The notes under the pieces were generated by a model that was not told the origin of the DNA, made no database searches, and saw only the letters and a list, made by a program, of their open reading frames with translations. Of a DNA stretch of 63,133 nucleotides, positions 37,894-48,606 are shown in pieces. Numbering within the stretch: the stretch's first letter is position 1; each line of letters begins with the position of its first letter. The DNA comes from an uncultured bacterium (GTDB lineage: Bacteria > Bdellovibrionota_C > UBA2361 > JANWWW01), in NCBI GenBank assembly GCA_938038205.1, contig CALHSA010000002.1, forward strand, positions 1 to 63,133, written 5' to 3'. The position numbers were made by a program, and so were the translations under genes.

Positions 37894-38896
37894 ATGTATC
37901 GTAACAGGTGGAGCCGGGTTCATAGGATCTAATTTTGTAAGACTGATTGTAAAAAAACAGGTATTTGACAAAGTTGTTGTTATTGACAAATTAGGATTTG
38001 GTGGCTTTTTAGAAAATCTCTCTGATGTTCTCGGAAAAATAACTTTTATCAAGGAAGACCTGTGTAATTTTTCTAGTGTTTTAAGAATTTTTGAAGAATT
38101 TAAACCAACTCACGTTTTTCATTTTGCAGCAGAAACTCATGTCGATAGATCAATTATAGATCCCTCTTCCTTTATAAAAAGTAATATATTGGGAACTTAC
38201 TCTATTCTTGAAGGAGCAAAAAAGAATAGCGCGGAAAGATTAATACATGTTTCTACTGATGAAGTTTATGGTTCAGCTGATTCTGGAGAAATTTTCACGG
38301 AGCAAAGCTCATTAAATCCCAGTAGTCCATACTCAGCCTCAAAAGCATCAAGCGATCTTTTATGTTTAAGCTACTACAAAACTTTTAACCTCCCTGTTAT
38401 CATCACAAGATCCTCAAACAATTTTGGGCCGTATCAACTCCCTGAAAAATTCATACCTGTAGTGATTACAAATTTACTCGAAGATAAAGAAATTCCTATA
38501 TACGGCACTGGTAAGAATATAAGAAACTGGATATATGTAGATGATAACTGTGAAGCAATTCTGCAGTGCGGTCTGTTTGGTAAAATTGGCCAAGTTTATA
38601 ACATAAGCGCTGATAATTCAAATGAAATTGAGAACGTTAATCTAGCAAAAAAAATTTGTAAGATTTTAAAAAAACCAGAGAGTTTAATTAAGTTTGTTCA
38701 AGATCGGCCAGGACACGACTTCTGTTATAGAATAGATAACTCCAAAATTAAAAATGAACTTAACTGGCGCCCGAAAGTAGACCTTGATACTGGTTTACAA
38801 ATGACAATAAATTGGTATCTTGAAAATGAAAATTGGTGGCGTAAAAGGAAAAAGGAGTTAGAAGAATATTACCAGCAGAATTATGGAGGTCGATAA
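37886..38896 (+). CDS. rfbB: dTDP-glucose 4,6-dehydratase
   Basis: TGGAGFIGSNF, AAETHVDRSI, STDEVYG, YSASK, DRPGHD. Confidence 0.96.
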   Translation: MTRCIVTGGAGFIGSNFVRLIVKKQVFDKVVVIDKLGFGGFLENLSDVLGKITFIKEDLCNFSSVLRIFEEFKPTHVFHFAAETHVDRSIIDPSSFIKSNILGTYSILEGAKKNSAERLIHVSTDEVYGSADSGEIFTEQSSLNPSSPYSASKASSDLLCLSYYKTFNLPVIITRSSNNFGPYQLPEKFIPVVITNLLEDKEIPIYGTGKNIRNWIYVDDNCEAILQCGLFGKIGQVYNISADNSNEIENVNLAKKICKILKKPESLIKFVQDRPGHDFCYRIDNSKIKNELNWRPKVDLDTGLQMTINWYLENENWWRKRKKELEEYYQQNYGGR

Positions 38897-39716
38897 AGTA
38901 GTTGTTTTTGGAAGCTCAGGTCAGCTTGGTCAAACTTTAAGAAGAAAATTTAATTGGTCAGGTCCAACATCAAAAGAATTAGATATAACTGATTCCGCTA
39001 AGGTTACTCGATTTCTTAAAGGAACCAGGCCAACAGTAGTTATAAACTGCGCTGCATTTACGAATGTTGATGAAGCTGAAATAAAAACTCAATCATGCTA
39101 CAGTACAAATCTCAAATCAGTAAAAATACTCTCTGAATTAGCTATCGACTTAAACTTTTATTTTATACAAATCTCAACAGATTATGTTTTTGATGGTGTA
39201 AAAGGAGATTATTCTGAAACAGATCATGTTAATCCAATTAATTTTTACGGTTTAACGAAAGCTTGGTCCGAAAAATTTGTTCCTAGAGGCAGCCTTATTA
39301 TAAGAACTGCTCATCTTTTTTCTGATTTCAAGCCTAATATTATATCTTTTTTCTTAAAAAAGATTACTGAGGGATCTCAAATTCAGGTCGTTGTTGATCA
39401 GGTGGTTTCAATAACTTATGCTGAGCATTTAGCTGATTTTATTCATTGGTGTGTAAATAATCGACCAGATGGAATATACCATTTTGTAAACGAGGGATCG
39501 GTAACATGGCTCAATGTTGTACAACTAATTGCAGAGTTAAAAGGTTTAGATATCAAAGTATCTGAGATCTCGTTTCAAGAATTAGGAAGAATTGCAGCTA
39601 GACCTTTAAGGTCAAATCTCCAAGTTTGTAGAGTGAATAAAATTTTTAATGTAAAAAATTGGGAAATTGCGCTAAAAGAATACTTATGTAAAAATATTCC
39701 AGAAAAATGGACGTAG
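38883..39716 (+). CDS. rfbD: dTDP-4-dehydrorhamnose reductase
   Basis: GSSGQLG, NCAAFTNVD.AE, STDYVFDG, YGLTK, DQ. Confidence 0.92.
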   Translation: MEVDKVVVFGSSGQLGQTLRRKFNWSGPTSKELDITDSAKVTRFLKGTRPTVVINCAAFTNVDEAEIKTQSCYSTNLKSVKILSELAIDLNFYFIQISTDYVFDGVKGDYSETDHVNPINFYGLTKAWSEKFVPRGSLIIRTAHLFSDFKPNIISFFLKKITEGSQIQVVVDQVVSITYAEHLADFIHWCVNNRPDGIYHFVNEGSVTWLNVVQLIAELKGLDIKVSEISFQELGRIAARPLRSNLQVCRVNKIFNVKNWEIALKEYLCKNIPEKWT

Positions 39717-40768
39717 GGGTTCTACTCGCGGGAGGAGTTGGATCAAGGTTTTGGCCTTTAAGTAAAAAACATAAACCAAAGCAGTTTTTAATGAATTTAA
39801 ATGGAAAAAGTTTTCTAAAGACCGCTTCAGAAAGATTAGATTTAATTTTTGATGGCATTGAATTTAAAAAGATCGTGGTAACTCAGGCATCATATCAGAA
39901 ACTTGTAGAAGCTGATGTTCCTGATGCTTTGATATTATCAGAGCATGAACCAAGAAACACTGCACCAGCGGTAGCTTTTGCAGTCGCGAAAAGTTTATCA
40001 CTTGGTGCTAAACGCATGGTTATAATGCCTGCAGATCATTGGTTCAATAAAGAGAGCGAGATTGTTAGATCAATAAAACTTGCTTTAGATTTTGTAAACG
40101 AATCTCCTCTTTTAGTGTTGTTTGGAACCCAGCCTTTGTTTCCGCACACTGGGTATGGGTATATAAAAATTGGGGAAAGTGTTAATCGTGGCAGATTTGA
40201 ATCAATTAAATATGTAAGAAGATTTTTTGAAAAACCTAATCTTGAAAGAGCAAAACAATACGTTGAAAGTGGGAATTTTCTTTGGAATATGGGAATATTT
40301 GTTTGGACGGTAAACTCAATTTTAAAAGCCTTCGAGGATGAATTACCAGAGTATTATGACGCTATCCTTGAAATGGCTGATATGTTTAAGTTAGGTGAAC
40401 CGATACCTGAAATAGCAAAAAAATTATTAAAGCTTGAGCCGGTCTCCATAGATATCGGTTTAGTTGAAAGAGTTCGTAACATTGCTGTTTGCATCGTTAG
40501 TGATTCAGGATGGAATGATATTGGTAGCCTTAGGGTATGGATTGATTTGATAGAATCTCATGGAGCACAAAGCAATAAGCACATCTCGGTTGATTCCGAA
40601 GATGTTAAAGTGTTCTCAGAGGATGGTTTGATAGTAACAATTGGAATTAAGGATGTGATAATAGTGAAAAAGGATGATATAGTGCTAATCTGTTCTGAGG
40701 ATAAGATTCAAGAAGTTGGGAAAATTCCCAGAATACTGGCCGAAAAGGGATTAGACGAATATATCTAA
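39707..40768 (+). CDS. manC: Mannose-1-phosphate guanylyltransferase
   Basis: LAGG.GSRFWPLS...PKQF, RNTAPA, PADH, TGYGYI, F.EKP, W.DIGS. Confidence 0.93.
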   Translation: MDVGVLLAGGVGSRFWPLSKKHKPKQFLMNLNGKSFLKTASERLDLIFDGIEFKKIVVTQASYQKLVEADVPDALILSEHEPRNTAPAVAFAVAKSLSLGAKRMVIMPADHWFNKESEIVRSIKLALDFVNESPLLVLFGTQPLFPHTGYGYIKIGESVNRGRFESIKYVRRFFEKPNLERAKQYVESGNFLWNMGIFVWTVNSILKAFEDELPEYYDAILEMADMFKLGEPIPEIAKKLLKLEPVSIDIGLVERVRNIAVCIVSDSGWNDIGSLRVWIDLIESHGAQSNKHISVDSEDVKVFSEDGLIVTIGIKDVIIVKKDDIVLICSEDKIQEVGKIPRILAEKGLDEYI

Positions 40769-40781
40769 AGGAGGTGAGCTT

Positions 40782-43505
40782 TTAACCCAAGCCTTTTAGG
40801 AAAACATCTTTAGAAGTTGATCTCTCGGTGTTTGAGTCGTTTACTCTATCTGCCTCTACTAAATTTGCTCTAACTCCAGGATTAACTCCAAAAGGAGCTA
40901 TTTGAGATAAAATTTGTATTGTCTTCTTGATGTCCTTAGTTTGTGAAAAAACCTCAAAAAATAACTGATTATCATCACCATTGTTAGTTGAAATCCAGTA
41001 CAGTGTTGGTTCTAATGGTATGGCGAAAGCAGAGCTACCTAGATCAGAAGTAATGAAAAACTGAGATTCAACTCCCTTAATCGTTCTTAACTGATTTATA
41101 ACCTCAACTTGTTGGGGTAATAAGTTATATAGCTTTGCAGTTTGATGAAACTTAGCTGGATCTTGACGCAAGAAAATTTTGTAAGCACTATTTTGAATTA
41201 AAGCTTGCCCTCCTGAGCCCTCATAAAAATCATCTCCGCTTTGACTAGCAGCAATAACTATACCTTTTCTCTTTCTGTACAATCTAAATGCTGTTTCAAC
41301 AGTTTGAGAGCTAGTTTTTCCTATTAAATCATGAGCTTCATCAAAAACAAGGATCTTTCTAGTATCTAACTCTTTTGGATCATTCATGACTGTATCGGCC
41401 CATAACATGGCCACTTTCAAAAAAACCTTCTGAAGATTTTGATTCCTACTTAATGCTTTTAAATCAAAAACAATAAACCTCTCCTTTAACTCAAGTTTTC
41501 CAGGCCTATCAAAAAAACGAGAGTAAGTACCTTCGCCGTAATAATCATACAATAGGTTGGCTACTCTCTGGCGAATTGCAGCCATTTCCGGCGTTTCTTC
41601 AATTTTTCTAGGAGCTCTTAAAACATTTACAACGTCAGATAAAATAAACTCCCTTCTCCTGGGCCCTTCAAAATATATCCTATGCGCTTCTATCAGAGAT
41701 TCCAAAACAGCTACTCTCTCAAGTCTATCAGCATTCTCCAAACCAGCCATGTCAAGAATAATATCTGCACACAAATCCAGTAAATCCTTATAATCCTCAT
41801 GATTAGGATCTGGTGGTGTATTTCCAAGCCGTGCTAAAAAGTTCATGGAGGGAGCTTTTGCAGGTGAAGCTTCATAGACTCTTCCTCCAAAGATTTCAGC
41901 TACTTTTACAAAACCACAAGGTTGTCCTTGCATTCCCTTATCAAATATGAAAGTTATAGCAGGTTTCTCAATTATGCCGGAGATAGTTTTAGAAAAATGT
42001 CCTCGGTTTAAATGAATAATCAAAAAATTTAGAAGATAGCTTTTCCCAGCACCCGATACACCGGAAATTAACACATTTGGCGCCACTTGAGAGTCATACA
42101 AATCAAATCCAACTAATTCTCTACACCATAAGCTAGGAAGTATTAAGAGTTTATTTTCAGAACCTTTCCAGTTACCAAATGCTGGAACTAAATTTGGAGC
42201 TAAAGAACTCCGAATATAATTAGTCCACCCCGGACCATCAGTTATTGGATCATAAGCACCAGGAAGGCAGTGTATCATAGCTCCTAGATCTGAAATATCA
42301 TGCACCATACCCCTTGCTCCATTCATCTGGCTTATGTTAGAAATAGCAGCTTCCGCAGCTTTTTGTACCTCCTCTTTAGTTTTGCCAATCAAAAGTTGAT
42401 GAACTCCTATTTTTACTAGCTGACATTTCTTTTCATACATATCCTGAAGGATTTCTTTTATCCCTTTATACTGAGTCCCAAGTTTTTGGTTGTACCCAAA
42501 AGGAGTGTACAATCGCAAAGCTAGCAGATTATTTAGTGTTTCAAGCCTTTTTACTTGATCCTCAAAAGGCTCTTTGGAAAAGGTTACTGTTAAGATATTC
42601 TCGCAGGGTATAAAAAGAAGTTGCATAATTTGAAAAGGGGTCAACTCTCTTGGAATCTTGGTCATTGAAACAACCTTATAGTAAAACCCATCTTTTTTAA
42701 TTAATCCGTTCTCTGGGTGCTCTAGTGGTGTTTCAGAAATTTGATTTGATAACCAATCTAAAGGGTCCCAATTTGGTGTAGGATTAGAAACTGTTCTCCC
42801 CTTTTTTATTGAGTTTCTTTTGACACTTCTTTTATTTAAGATTGGATAAAGAATATCAATTAAATTCTGTGCATTAATACGTTTTAGATAAAGTTTCATG
42901 CTGTTTAACTGATGAACCTTGCCGGCAATTATGTTATTAAATTTTTCAGAGTAAATTTTATACTGAGCCTCTATTCCTAATGATTCTTTTTCGGATGAGA
43001 AAAGTTTAAGAGACTGCTTTATATTTTCTATGAATGTTGAAAAAAAACCTTTTACTCGCCAAGGGGGATCATATCTAAAGGCTATAATATATCTCATCTT
43101 ACGTGGACGAAGCGCATACTCACCTTGCTCTGCAGTTCTTAACAACATATGCGCCCATTTTTTACTTATCCAACCTGCTGTATTATTTAATGGATACTGA
43201 ATTAAATTTTTATAAATTAAATCATGAACATCAAATGTTGTTATAACCGAGATTTGAACCGAAATATCATCAGGAAGTGAGTCTAAAAACCCATGAAAAG
43301 ATTTATTAAATTCTAGTGCATCAGAATCAGAGACATTAACTATTGAAATCGGCTCAAATTCAAAAATTGACCATAAGCTAGCATCATGATGAATAAAGAG
43401 CCCATTCTTTTCATCATAACTGGCATATGGGAGTAAACTTGCAAAACTCTCTTCGTGTTCATATATCCTTTTTTTTTGAATATAACTAAGCGATACCATT
43501 CCCAA
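40782..43505 (-). CDS. TraC/VirB4-family type IV secretion ATPase (F/G-type-like), standalone
   Basis: N-terminal SFASLLPY..YD...GLF; Walker A GVSGAGKS; IFDKG; Walker B VFDEAH; RLYRK; ASQS; YWIST. Alternative start ATG 43499. Confidence 0.88.
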   Translation of the reverse strand: MGMVSLSYIQKKRIYEHEESFASLLPYASYDEKNGLFIHHDASLWSIFEFEPISIVNVSDSDALEFNKSFHGFLDSLPDDISVQISVITTFDVHDLIYKNLIQYPLNNTAGWISKKWAHMLLRTAEQGEYALRPRKMRYIIAFRYDPPWRVKGFFSTFIENIKQSLKLFSSEKESLGIEAQYKIYSEKFNNIIAGKVHQLNSMKLYLKRINAQNLIDILYPILNKRSVKRNSIKKGRTVSNPTPNWDPLDWLSNQISETPLEHPENGLIKKDGFYYKVVSMTKIPRELTPFQIMQLLFIPCENILTVTFSKEPFEDQVKRLETLNNLLALRLYTPFGYNQKLGTQYKGIKEILQDMYEKKCQLVKIGVHQLLIGKTKEEVQKAAEAAISNISQMNGARGMVHDISDLGAMIHCLPGAYDPITDGPGWTNYIRSSLAPNLVPAFGNWKGSENKLLILPSLWCRELVGFDLYDSQVAPNVLISGVSGAGKSYLLNFLIIHLNRGHFSKTISGIIEKPAITFIFDKGMQGQPCGFVKVAEIFGGRVYEASPAKAPSMNFLARLGNTPPDPNHEDYKDLLDLCADIILDMAGLENADRLERVAVLESLIEAHRIYFEGPRRREFILSDVVNVLRAPRKIEETPEMAAIRQRVANLLYDYYGEGTYSRFFDRPGKLELKERFIVFDLKALSRNQNLQKVFLKVAMLWADTVMNDPKELDTRKILVFDEAHDLIGKTSSQTVETAFRLYRKRKGIVIAASQSGDDFYEGSGGQALIQNSAYKIFLRQDPAKFHQTAKLYNLLPQQVEVINQLRTIKGVESQFFITSDLGSSAFAIPLEPTLYWISTNNGDDNQLFFEVFSQTKDIKKTIQILSQIAPFGVNPGVRANLVEADRVNDSNTERSTSKDVFLKGLG

Positions 43506-43550
43506 CTATAAAATCAAAAAATTTCTTACTTTGATTCATGCTTTCAGAGG

Positions 43551-44762
43551 TTACTTTTTTTTTATGATTGGGTCAATTATAGGCACTAAACAGGCTAATT
43601 TTGAGAGTTTATTGATTAACTCATCGTTTAGAACTGTTTGCTCTTCAACAAGTTTGCGCCCGTAGAAATCTACTATCGCTCTTGAAACCACTTGACCTGA
43701 CTCAAGTTGATTTAAGCCCACTACAACCTCATCTTGAGATATTGAGCTATCAATAGAGTTCAAAATCTTCATCATCTGATCTCTACTAATTTTTCTTGGC
43801 ATCGTTAAAATTTTAGCAGTTGGCAACGTCATTAAATCCCGAACAAAAGTACTTAAACTATTTTTAATTTTTTCATCAGCTGGTAGATTATTAATTCCCG
43901 AAATAAAAATATATGCTCCATTTGGCCTAAATATACCTCGAGGAAAAGAAATTGCTTGGAATTCTTTTGCAACCAAAAATACCTGCTCTATTAAGCTTAG
44001 TTCAACACTATGACCCTCATAATAGTTTGCTAGCCTATGAAAAATCTCTGTTATTTCTTTATCTTTAAGCTTGATCGAGGTCATTATTGCTAAATCTTTA
44101 AGACGCGATGAAATAGAGTGGTATGGTAGTCTATCAAAGATAAAATCCTGAATTTGCTGTTTAAAGGCTACTCCTGCTAAGGTTGCAACTAATCCGGCTC
44201 TTAAAGTATAGGAATCATCCATATTAGACATGATGCCTGCACTCAATAATGAAAATTTTTTCAGATTATTCAAGGGTTTCCCGGTTAAATCTTTGAGGTG
44301 TTCCTCATAAAAAGTTAACTCCTCTTTAGTAGTTACAAAAGCTTTAAGATCGAACTGAGAAAACGAACTGTTTTTGAGAATTATTTTTGCAAAGTTTTTC
44401 TTGTCTGGCTTGTTAACTGATTTAAACCAGTAAAAGTAATCTATTATTTTATCTACGAACGCCTGAATGGACGTCTCTTCAGGAACATATTTTAACTTTA
44501 TTCCCTCTGAGTTTGCGAGCTTAACTAGATCCTGACTTGTTGTTACGATTGGAAGATTTGATTTGCTTAAAAGATTTAATTCAGAAAGATCTAGGTCAGA
44601 GGATTCAAGTATTACAACACCAGAATTAGGATCATTAACAACTTCTCCCAAATTATTACCATTAATGCACTCAGTTTTTAATCCTCGATTGTAAAATCTC
44701 TCCAGTAATCCTTCAAGATTCGTGCCCCCTCCAAGGATATAAACGGAGAATTTTTCTATCAC
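43551..44762 (-). CDS. Degenerate receiver/HD-GYP-like protein with DUF3391-like C-terminal module
   Basis: C-terminal LNQLESGQVVSRAIVDFYGRKLV...TVLNDELINKL resembles the module seen on HD-GYP proteins; no HD or GYP residues found. Confidence 0.55.
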   Translation of the reverse strand: MIEKFSVYILGGGTNLEGLLERFYNRGLKTECINGNNLGEVVNDPNSGVVILESSDLDLSELNLLSKSNLPIVTTSQDLVKLANSEGIKLKYVPEETSIQAFVDKIIDYFYWFKSVNKPDKKNFAKIILKNSSFSQFDLKAFVTTKEELTFYEEHLKDLTGKPLNNLKKFSLLSAGIMSNMDDSYTLRAGLVATLAGVAFKQQIQDFIFDRLPYHSISSRLKDLAIMTSIKLKDKEITEIFHRLANYYEGHSVELSLIEQVFLVAKEFQAISFPRGIFRPNGAYIFISGINNLPADEKIKNSLSTFVRDLMTLPTAKILTMPRKISRDQMMKILNSIDSSISQDEVVVGLNQLESGQVVSRAIVDFYGRKLVEEQTVLNDELINKLSKLACLVPIIDPIIKKK

Positions 44763-44812
44763 GATAGAGATTTATCGTCAAAAACTGTAAAATATTGAGA
44801 CCTTTATACGGA

Positions 44813-46195
44813 ATGATAAACATCTCTATTAAATCGGTAAAAGAAAAAAAGGATTTGAACGGTAACATTTTTGTAATTGAAGAATCAGAGGCCGGAATTT
44901 TTGAAACTATTAAAAAGTATTTACCCTCCTATAAAATTTTTAAAGAAAACGATCAGACCCCTAGAATAGCATACTTAGACTCTGAACGTCTAATAATCAC
45001 AGCTATTTTGCCTAAAAATGTCAGGGACCAGCTTGAGCTTGGAGCTAAGTTATATAATGTTACCCAAAAATTTAAGTTTAAAAATTTTGTGTTCCTTAGT
45101 ACATATAAGCAGCTTGACAATATAATACACGGTTTCTGTTATGGAGCTTACACCTTTCATTTATCATTCAATCAAACCCTAAAAAACCTAAATGGAATTA
45201 CGATTTTTTCTGATAATTTAGATTTATCATCATTAAATGATTTTGTTTATTGGAATTATTACTACAGATGGTTGGTTGATTTACCCTCAAATATTTGTAC
45301 TCCGAGGTTTTTAGTAAATGAATTTTTAAAGCAAGCAAAAAAGTTTGGCTTAAAAGCGAGTCTTCTTGATAAGAATAAAATAAAAAAAATGAATTTAAAT
45401 GGACACATAGCTGTGTCTGGGGATCAGGATGCGTACATTCTGAAGGTGTCAAACTCTGATTCTCGAATCTCAGATTTTGCTTTACTTGGAAAAGGAATAA
45501 CTTTTGATACCGGTGGGATTTGCTTAAAACAACCACCAGGGATGTATGCCATGAAAGCAGATATGGCAGGTGCCGCTTTGGCTTTCAGTTTGTTAGGTTT
45601 AATCAAGGCTTTAAATATTCCTACTAAGTTATCTGCGTTTATTGGTATTACAAAAAACAGTATCTCAGAAAATTCGTACAATCCAGGAGATATAATAAAA
45701 ATGTCGAATGGTACCCTCGTTCAAGTTGAGAACACTGATGCGGAGGGGAGGTTACTTTTGGCTGACTTAGTTAATCTTGCTACCTCTCAAGGGTATAAAA
45801 ATATAATCACCCTTGCTACATTAACTGGCGGTGTTAGAGTTGGGCTTGGTTTATATCATGCAGGATTTTTTTGTACCGACTCTGATTTAGCAAAAAAAAT
45901 TCATCTGGCATCAGAAAAGGCGGGCGAACCAACCTGTGAATTACCTCTTGAGGAAAAATACGCCGATGAGTTAAAGATATCTGATGGACTAATCAATAAT
46001 ATTGGGACAAGTGGTTCAGGCCAACCTATTATAGGTGCAATGTTTATTAAACATTTTATCCCAAAAGACTGTTCTTTTACCCATTTTGATCTTGCTGGAG
46101 TATGTTTTCATCCTTCAAAATATTTAGAACACTGGGGTAAAGGTGCCACAGGATATGGTTTAAGGCTTTTTTATGAGTTATTTAAATTAAGATGA
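44813..46195 (+). CDS. pepA: Leucyl aminopeptidase (M17)
   Basis: [30 protein letters not shown]. Confidence 0.93.
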   Translation: MINISIKSVKEKKDLNGNIFVIEESEAGIFETIKKYLPSYKIFKENDQTPRIAYLDSERLIITAILPKNVRDQLELGAKLYNVTQKFKFKNFVFLSTYKQLDNIIHGFCYGAYTFHLSFNQTLKNLNGITIFSDNLDLSSLNDFVYWNYYYRWLVDLPSNICTPRFLVNEFLKQAKKFGLKASLLDKNKIKKMNLNGHIAVSGDQDAYILKVSNSDSRISDFALLGKGITFDTGGICLKQPPGMYAMKADMAGAALAFSLLGLIKALNIPTKLSAFIGITKNSISENSYNPGDIIKMSNGTLVQVENTDAEGRLLLADLVNLATSQGYKNIITLATLTGGVRVGLGLYHAGFFCTDSDLAKKIHLASEKAGEPTCELPLEEKYADELKISDGLINNIGTSGSGQPIIGAMFIKHFIPKDCSFTHFDLAGVCFHPSKYLEHWGKGATGYGLRLFYELFKLR

Positions 46196-48606
46196 GTGAA
46201 ACCAAAGTAGTTGAAATATCAGAAGAAATGAAAAGAGCCTACCTTGATTACGCCATGAGCGTAATTGTAGGAAGGGCATTACCAGATGTTAGAGATGGAT
46301 TAAAGCCTGTTCAAAGAAGAATTCTATATGCTATGTATGAGGAAGGGCTTCTGCACAACAAGAAGCACTCAAAATGCGCAGGCGTAGTAGGCACTGTCTT
46401 AAAGTTTTACCATCCGCACGGTGATTCTTCGGTGTATGACGCGTTGGTTAGATTAGCCCAAGATTGGAATATGAGATATCCACTCGTAGATGGTCAAGGT
46501 AATTTTGGATCAATTGACGGTGATCCACCTGCTGCCTATCGATACACTGAAGCAAGATTATCAAGGATTGGTGAGGAATTACTAAGAGATATTGATAAAG
46601 ATACTGTAGATTTTAATCCAAACTTTGATGAGTCGAAAAAAGAGCCGAGCGTTTTGCCCTCAAGGATACCAAATCTTCTCGTCAATGGTGCTGACGGTAT
46701 AGCAGTAGGGATGGCGACTCATTTTCCCCCTCATAATCTCTCGGAGGTTATTGATGCAGTTATTTATGTATTAGATAATCCTGAAGCCACTTTAGAGGAA
46801 ATCATGAAAATTATAAAAGGGCCCGATTTTCCAACTGGTGGAATAATATTAGGTAAGAAAGGGTTATATGATTGTTATGCGAGCGGAAAAGGGGTAATTA
46901 AAATTCGTGCCAAAGCTGAGATCGTTGAGAACAAAAACCAAACGCTAATAATAATTAAAGAAATTCCCTATCAGGAAAATAAAGCAAGAATACTTGAGAA
47001 AATTGCTGACCTAGTCAATGAAAAGGTAATTGAAGGTATATCAAAAATAAAGGATGAGAGTAACAGACATGGTATAAGGGTAGTTATTGAATTAAAAAAG
47101 GATGCAACTCCTCAAGTTGTTCTAAATCAATTGTATAAACACACCCCTTTACAAACCAGTTATGGCACTATAATGCTTGCCCTTCTAAATAATAAACCAA
47201 CTACGTTTACCCTTATGCAGTATTTACAAACGTTTATTGATTTTAGATTAGAAACTCTTACAAGAAAAACCCTATATGAACTGAGTGTAGCTAAGAACCG
47301 ATTACATATACTGGAAGGGTTACTGATTCTTACCTTAAATTTAGATAAGGCAATAAACATAATTAAAAATAGCGCTGATCCAGAAGAAGCAAGAAATAAG
47401 TTATGTGCTGATTTCAATATAGATGATATTCAAGCTCGAGCTATACTTGAGCTCAGATTACAAAAATTAACTAAACTTGAGAGAGACTCAATTTTAGCCG
47501 AAAAGAATAAATTTGAAGAGAGAGTTCGAGAGCTTACGTCAATACTCTCGGATAGAACTAAATTGAAATCAATATTGAAAGAAGATCTCTTAGAGCTAAA
47601 AGCTAAGTTCGGAGACGAAAGAAGAACCGAGATTCAAGAGTTTGATGAAACAATTGATTCAGTTGGGCTGATTGAGGACGAAGAAGTTGTGATAGTTCTG
47701 ACTAATCAAGGGTACGTTAAGAGGATAGCTTTGAATGAGTTTAAATTGCAAAAGCGTGGTGGAAAAGGAGTTTTTGGTGGAAGTGTGATTGAGGAAGATT
47801 TTGTCTCCACTTTGATTTATGCAACGAATCTTACAACAATACTAGCAATTTCATCTTTTGGTAGGGTTTTCTCTTTCCCTGCTTATCAAGTTCCAATAGT
47901 CTCGAGAACAGCCAGAGGTAGAGCTATTCAAAATTTTCTGGATCTTAAACCAGATGAGACTGTTTCAGTTCTTCTGCCAATTAAAACGATAAGTGAAGAT
48001 ATCTCTTTAGTTCTTGCAACTAAATCAGGCTTGGTTAAAAGAATGTTAACTACGGAATTTAAAAAAATTAGAAAAACTGGTATCACAGGTATAACCCTTA
48101 GAGATAATGATAAAGTGATTGGGGGAGTTCTGACTTCAAATAAAAGTCAGATAATACTGACTACTCGCCAAGGTATGAGTATTAGGTTTCCCGTAGAGCA
48201 GATACGATTAACAGGCAGATCGTCGATAGGAATTAAAGGAATTGATTTAAGGGAATCAGATCATGTTGTAGGACTTGTATCTTGCGATAATCCTGAGAAA
48301 GTAAGTCTTCTCACAATTTGCGAGAATGGATTTGGAAAGAGGACACCTTTATCAGAATATAGGTTACAAAATCGTGGAGGATCCGGTGTTATCGATATTA
48401 AAACTTCAGGTAGAAATGGGTATGCAATAGCCTCCTTTCCAGTAGAAGACGACTCAGAACTGATTTTGATTACATCTTCTGGAAAAGCAACGAGAATAGA
48501 AGTTAAAGGTATTAGGCTATCTGGAAGAAACACTCAAGGCGTTAAACTTATAGATTTACTTGAAGGGGAGAAAGTGGTTGCAGCTAGCCTTGTTTATACT
48601 TTTTAA
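46192..48606 (+). CDS. gyrA: DNA gyrase subunit A
   Basis: YHPHGD, catalytic RYTE, GyrA-box QKRGGKG, beta-pinwheel CTD. Confidence 0.97.
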   Translation: MSETKVVEISEEMKRAYLDYAMSVIVGRALPDVRDGLKPVQRRILYAMYEEGLLHNKKHSKCAGVVGTVLKFYHPHGDSSVYDALVRLAQDWNMRYPLVDGQGNFGSIDGDPPAAYRYTEARLSRIGEELLRDIDKDTVDFNPNFDESKKEPSVLPSRIPNLLVNGADGIAVGMATHFPPHNLSEVIDAVIYVLDNPEATLEEIMKIIKGPDFPTGGIILGKKGLYDCYASGKGVIKIRAKAEIVENKNQTLIIIKEIPYQENKARILEKIADLVNEKVIEGISKIKDESNRHGIRVVIELKKDATPQVVLNQLYKHTPLQTSYGTIMLALLNNKPTTFTLMQYLQTFIDFRLETLTRKTLYELSVAKNRLHILEGLLILTLNLDKAINIIKNSADPEEARNKLCADFNIDDIQARAILELRLQKLTKLERDSILAEKNKFEERVRELTSILSDRTKLKSILKEDLLELKAKFGDERRTEIQEFDETIDSVGLIEDEEVVIVLTNQGYVKRIALNEFKLQKRGGKGVFGGSVIEEDFVSTLIYATNLTTILAISSFGRVFSFPAYQVPIVSRTARGRAIQNFLDLKPDETVSVLLPIKTISEDISLVLATKSGLVKRMLTTEFKKIRKTGITGITLRDNDKVIGGVLTSNKSQIILTTRQGMSIRFPVEQIRLTGRSSIGIKGIDLRESDHVVGLVSCDNPEKVSLLTICENGFGKRTPLSEYRLQNRGGSGVIDIKTSGRNGYAIASFPVEDDSELILITSSGKATRIEVKGIRLSGRNTQGVKLIDLLEGEKVVAASLVYTF

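Noticed and set aside
40782-44762. Integrative conjugative element around the VirB4 gene
   Set aside because: No integrase, relaxase, flanking direct repeats, adjacent tRNA or compositional shift.
46192-48606. Possible parC rather than gyrA, since gyrB is not adjacent
   Set aside because: An intact GyrA-box (QKRGGKG) and full pinwheel CTD indicate gyrase; separation from gyrB is common.
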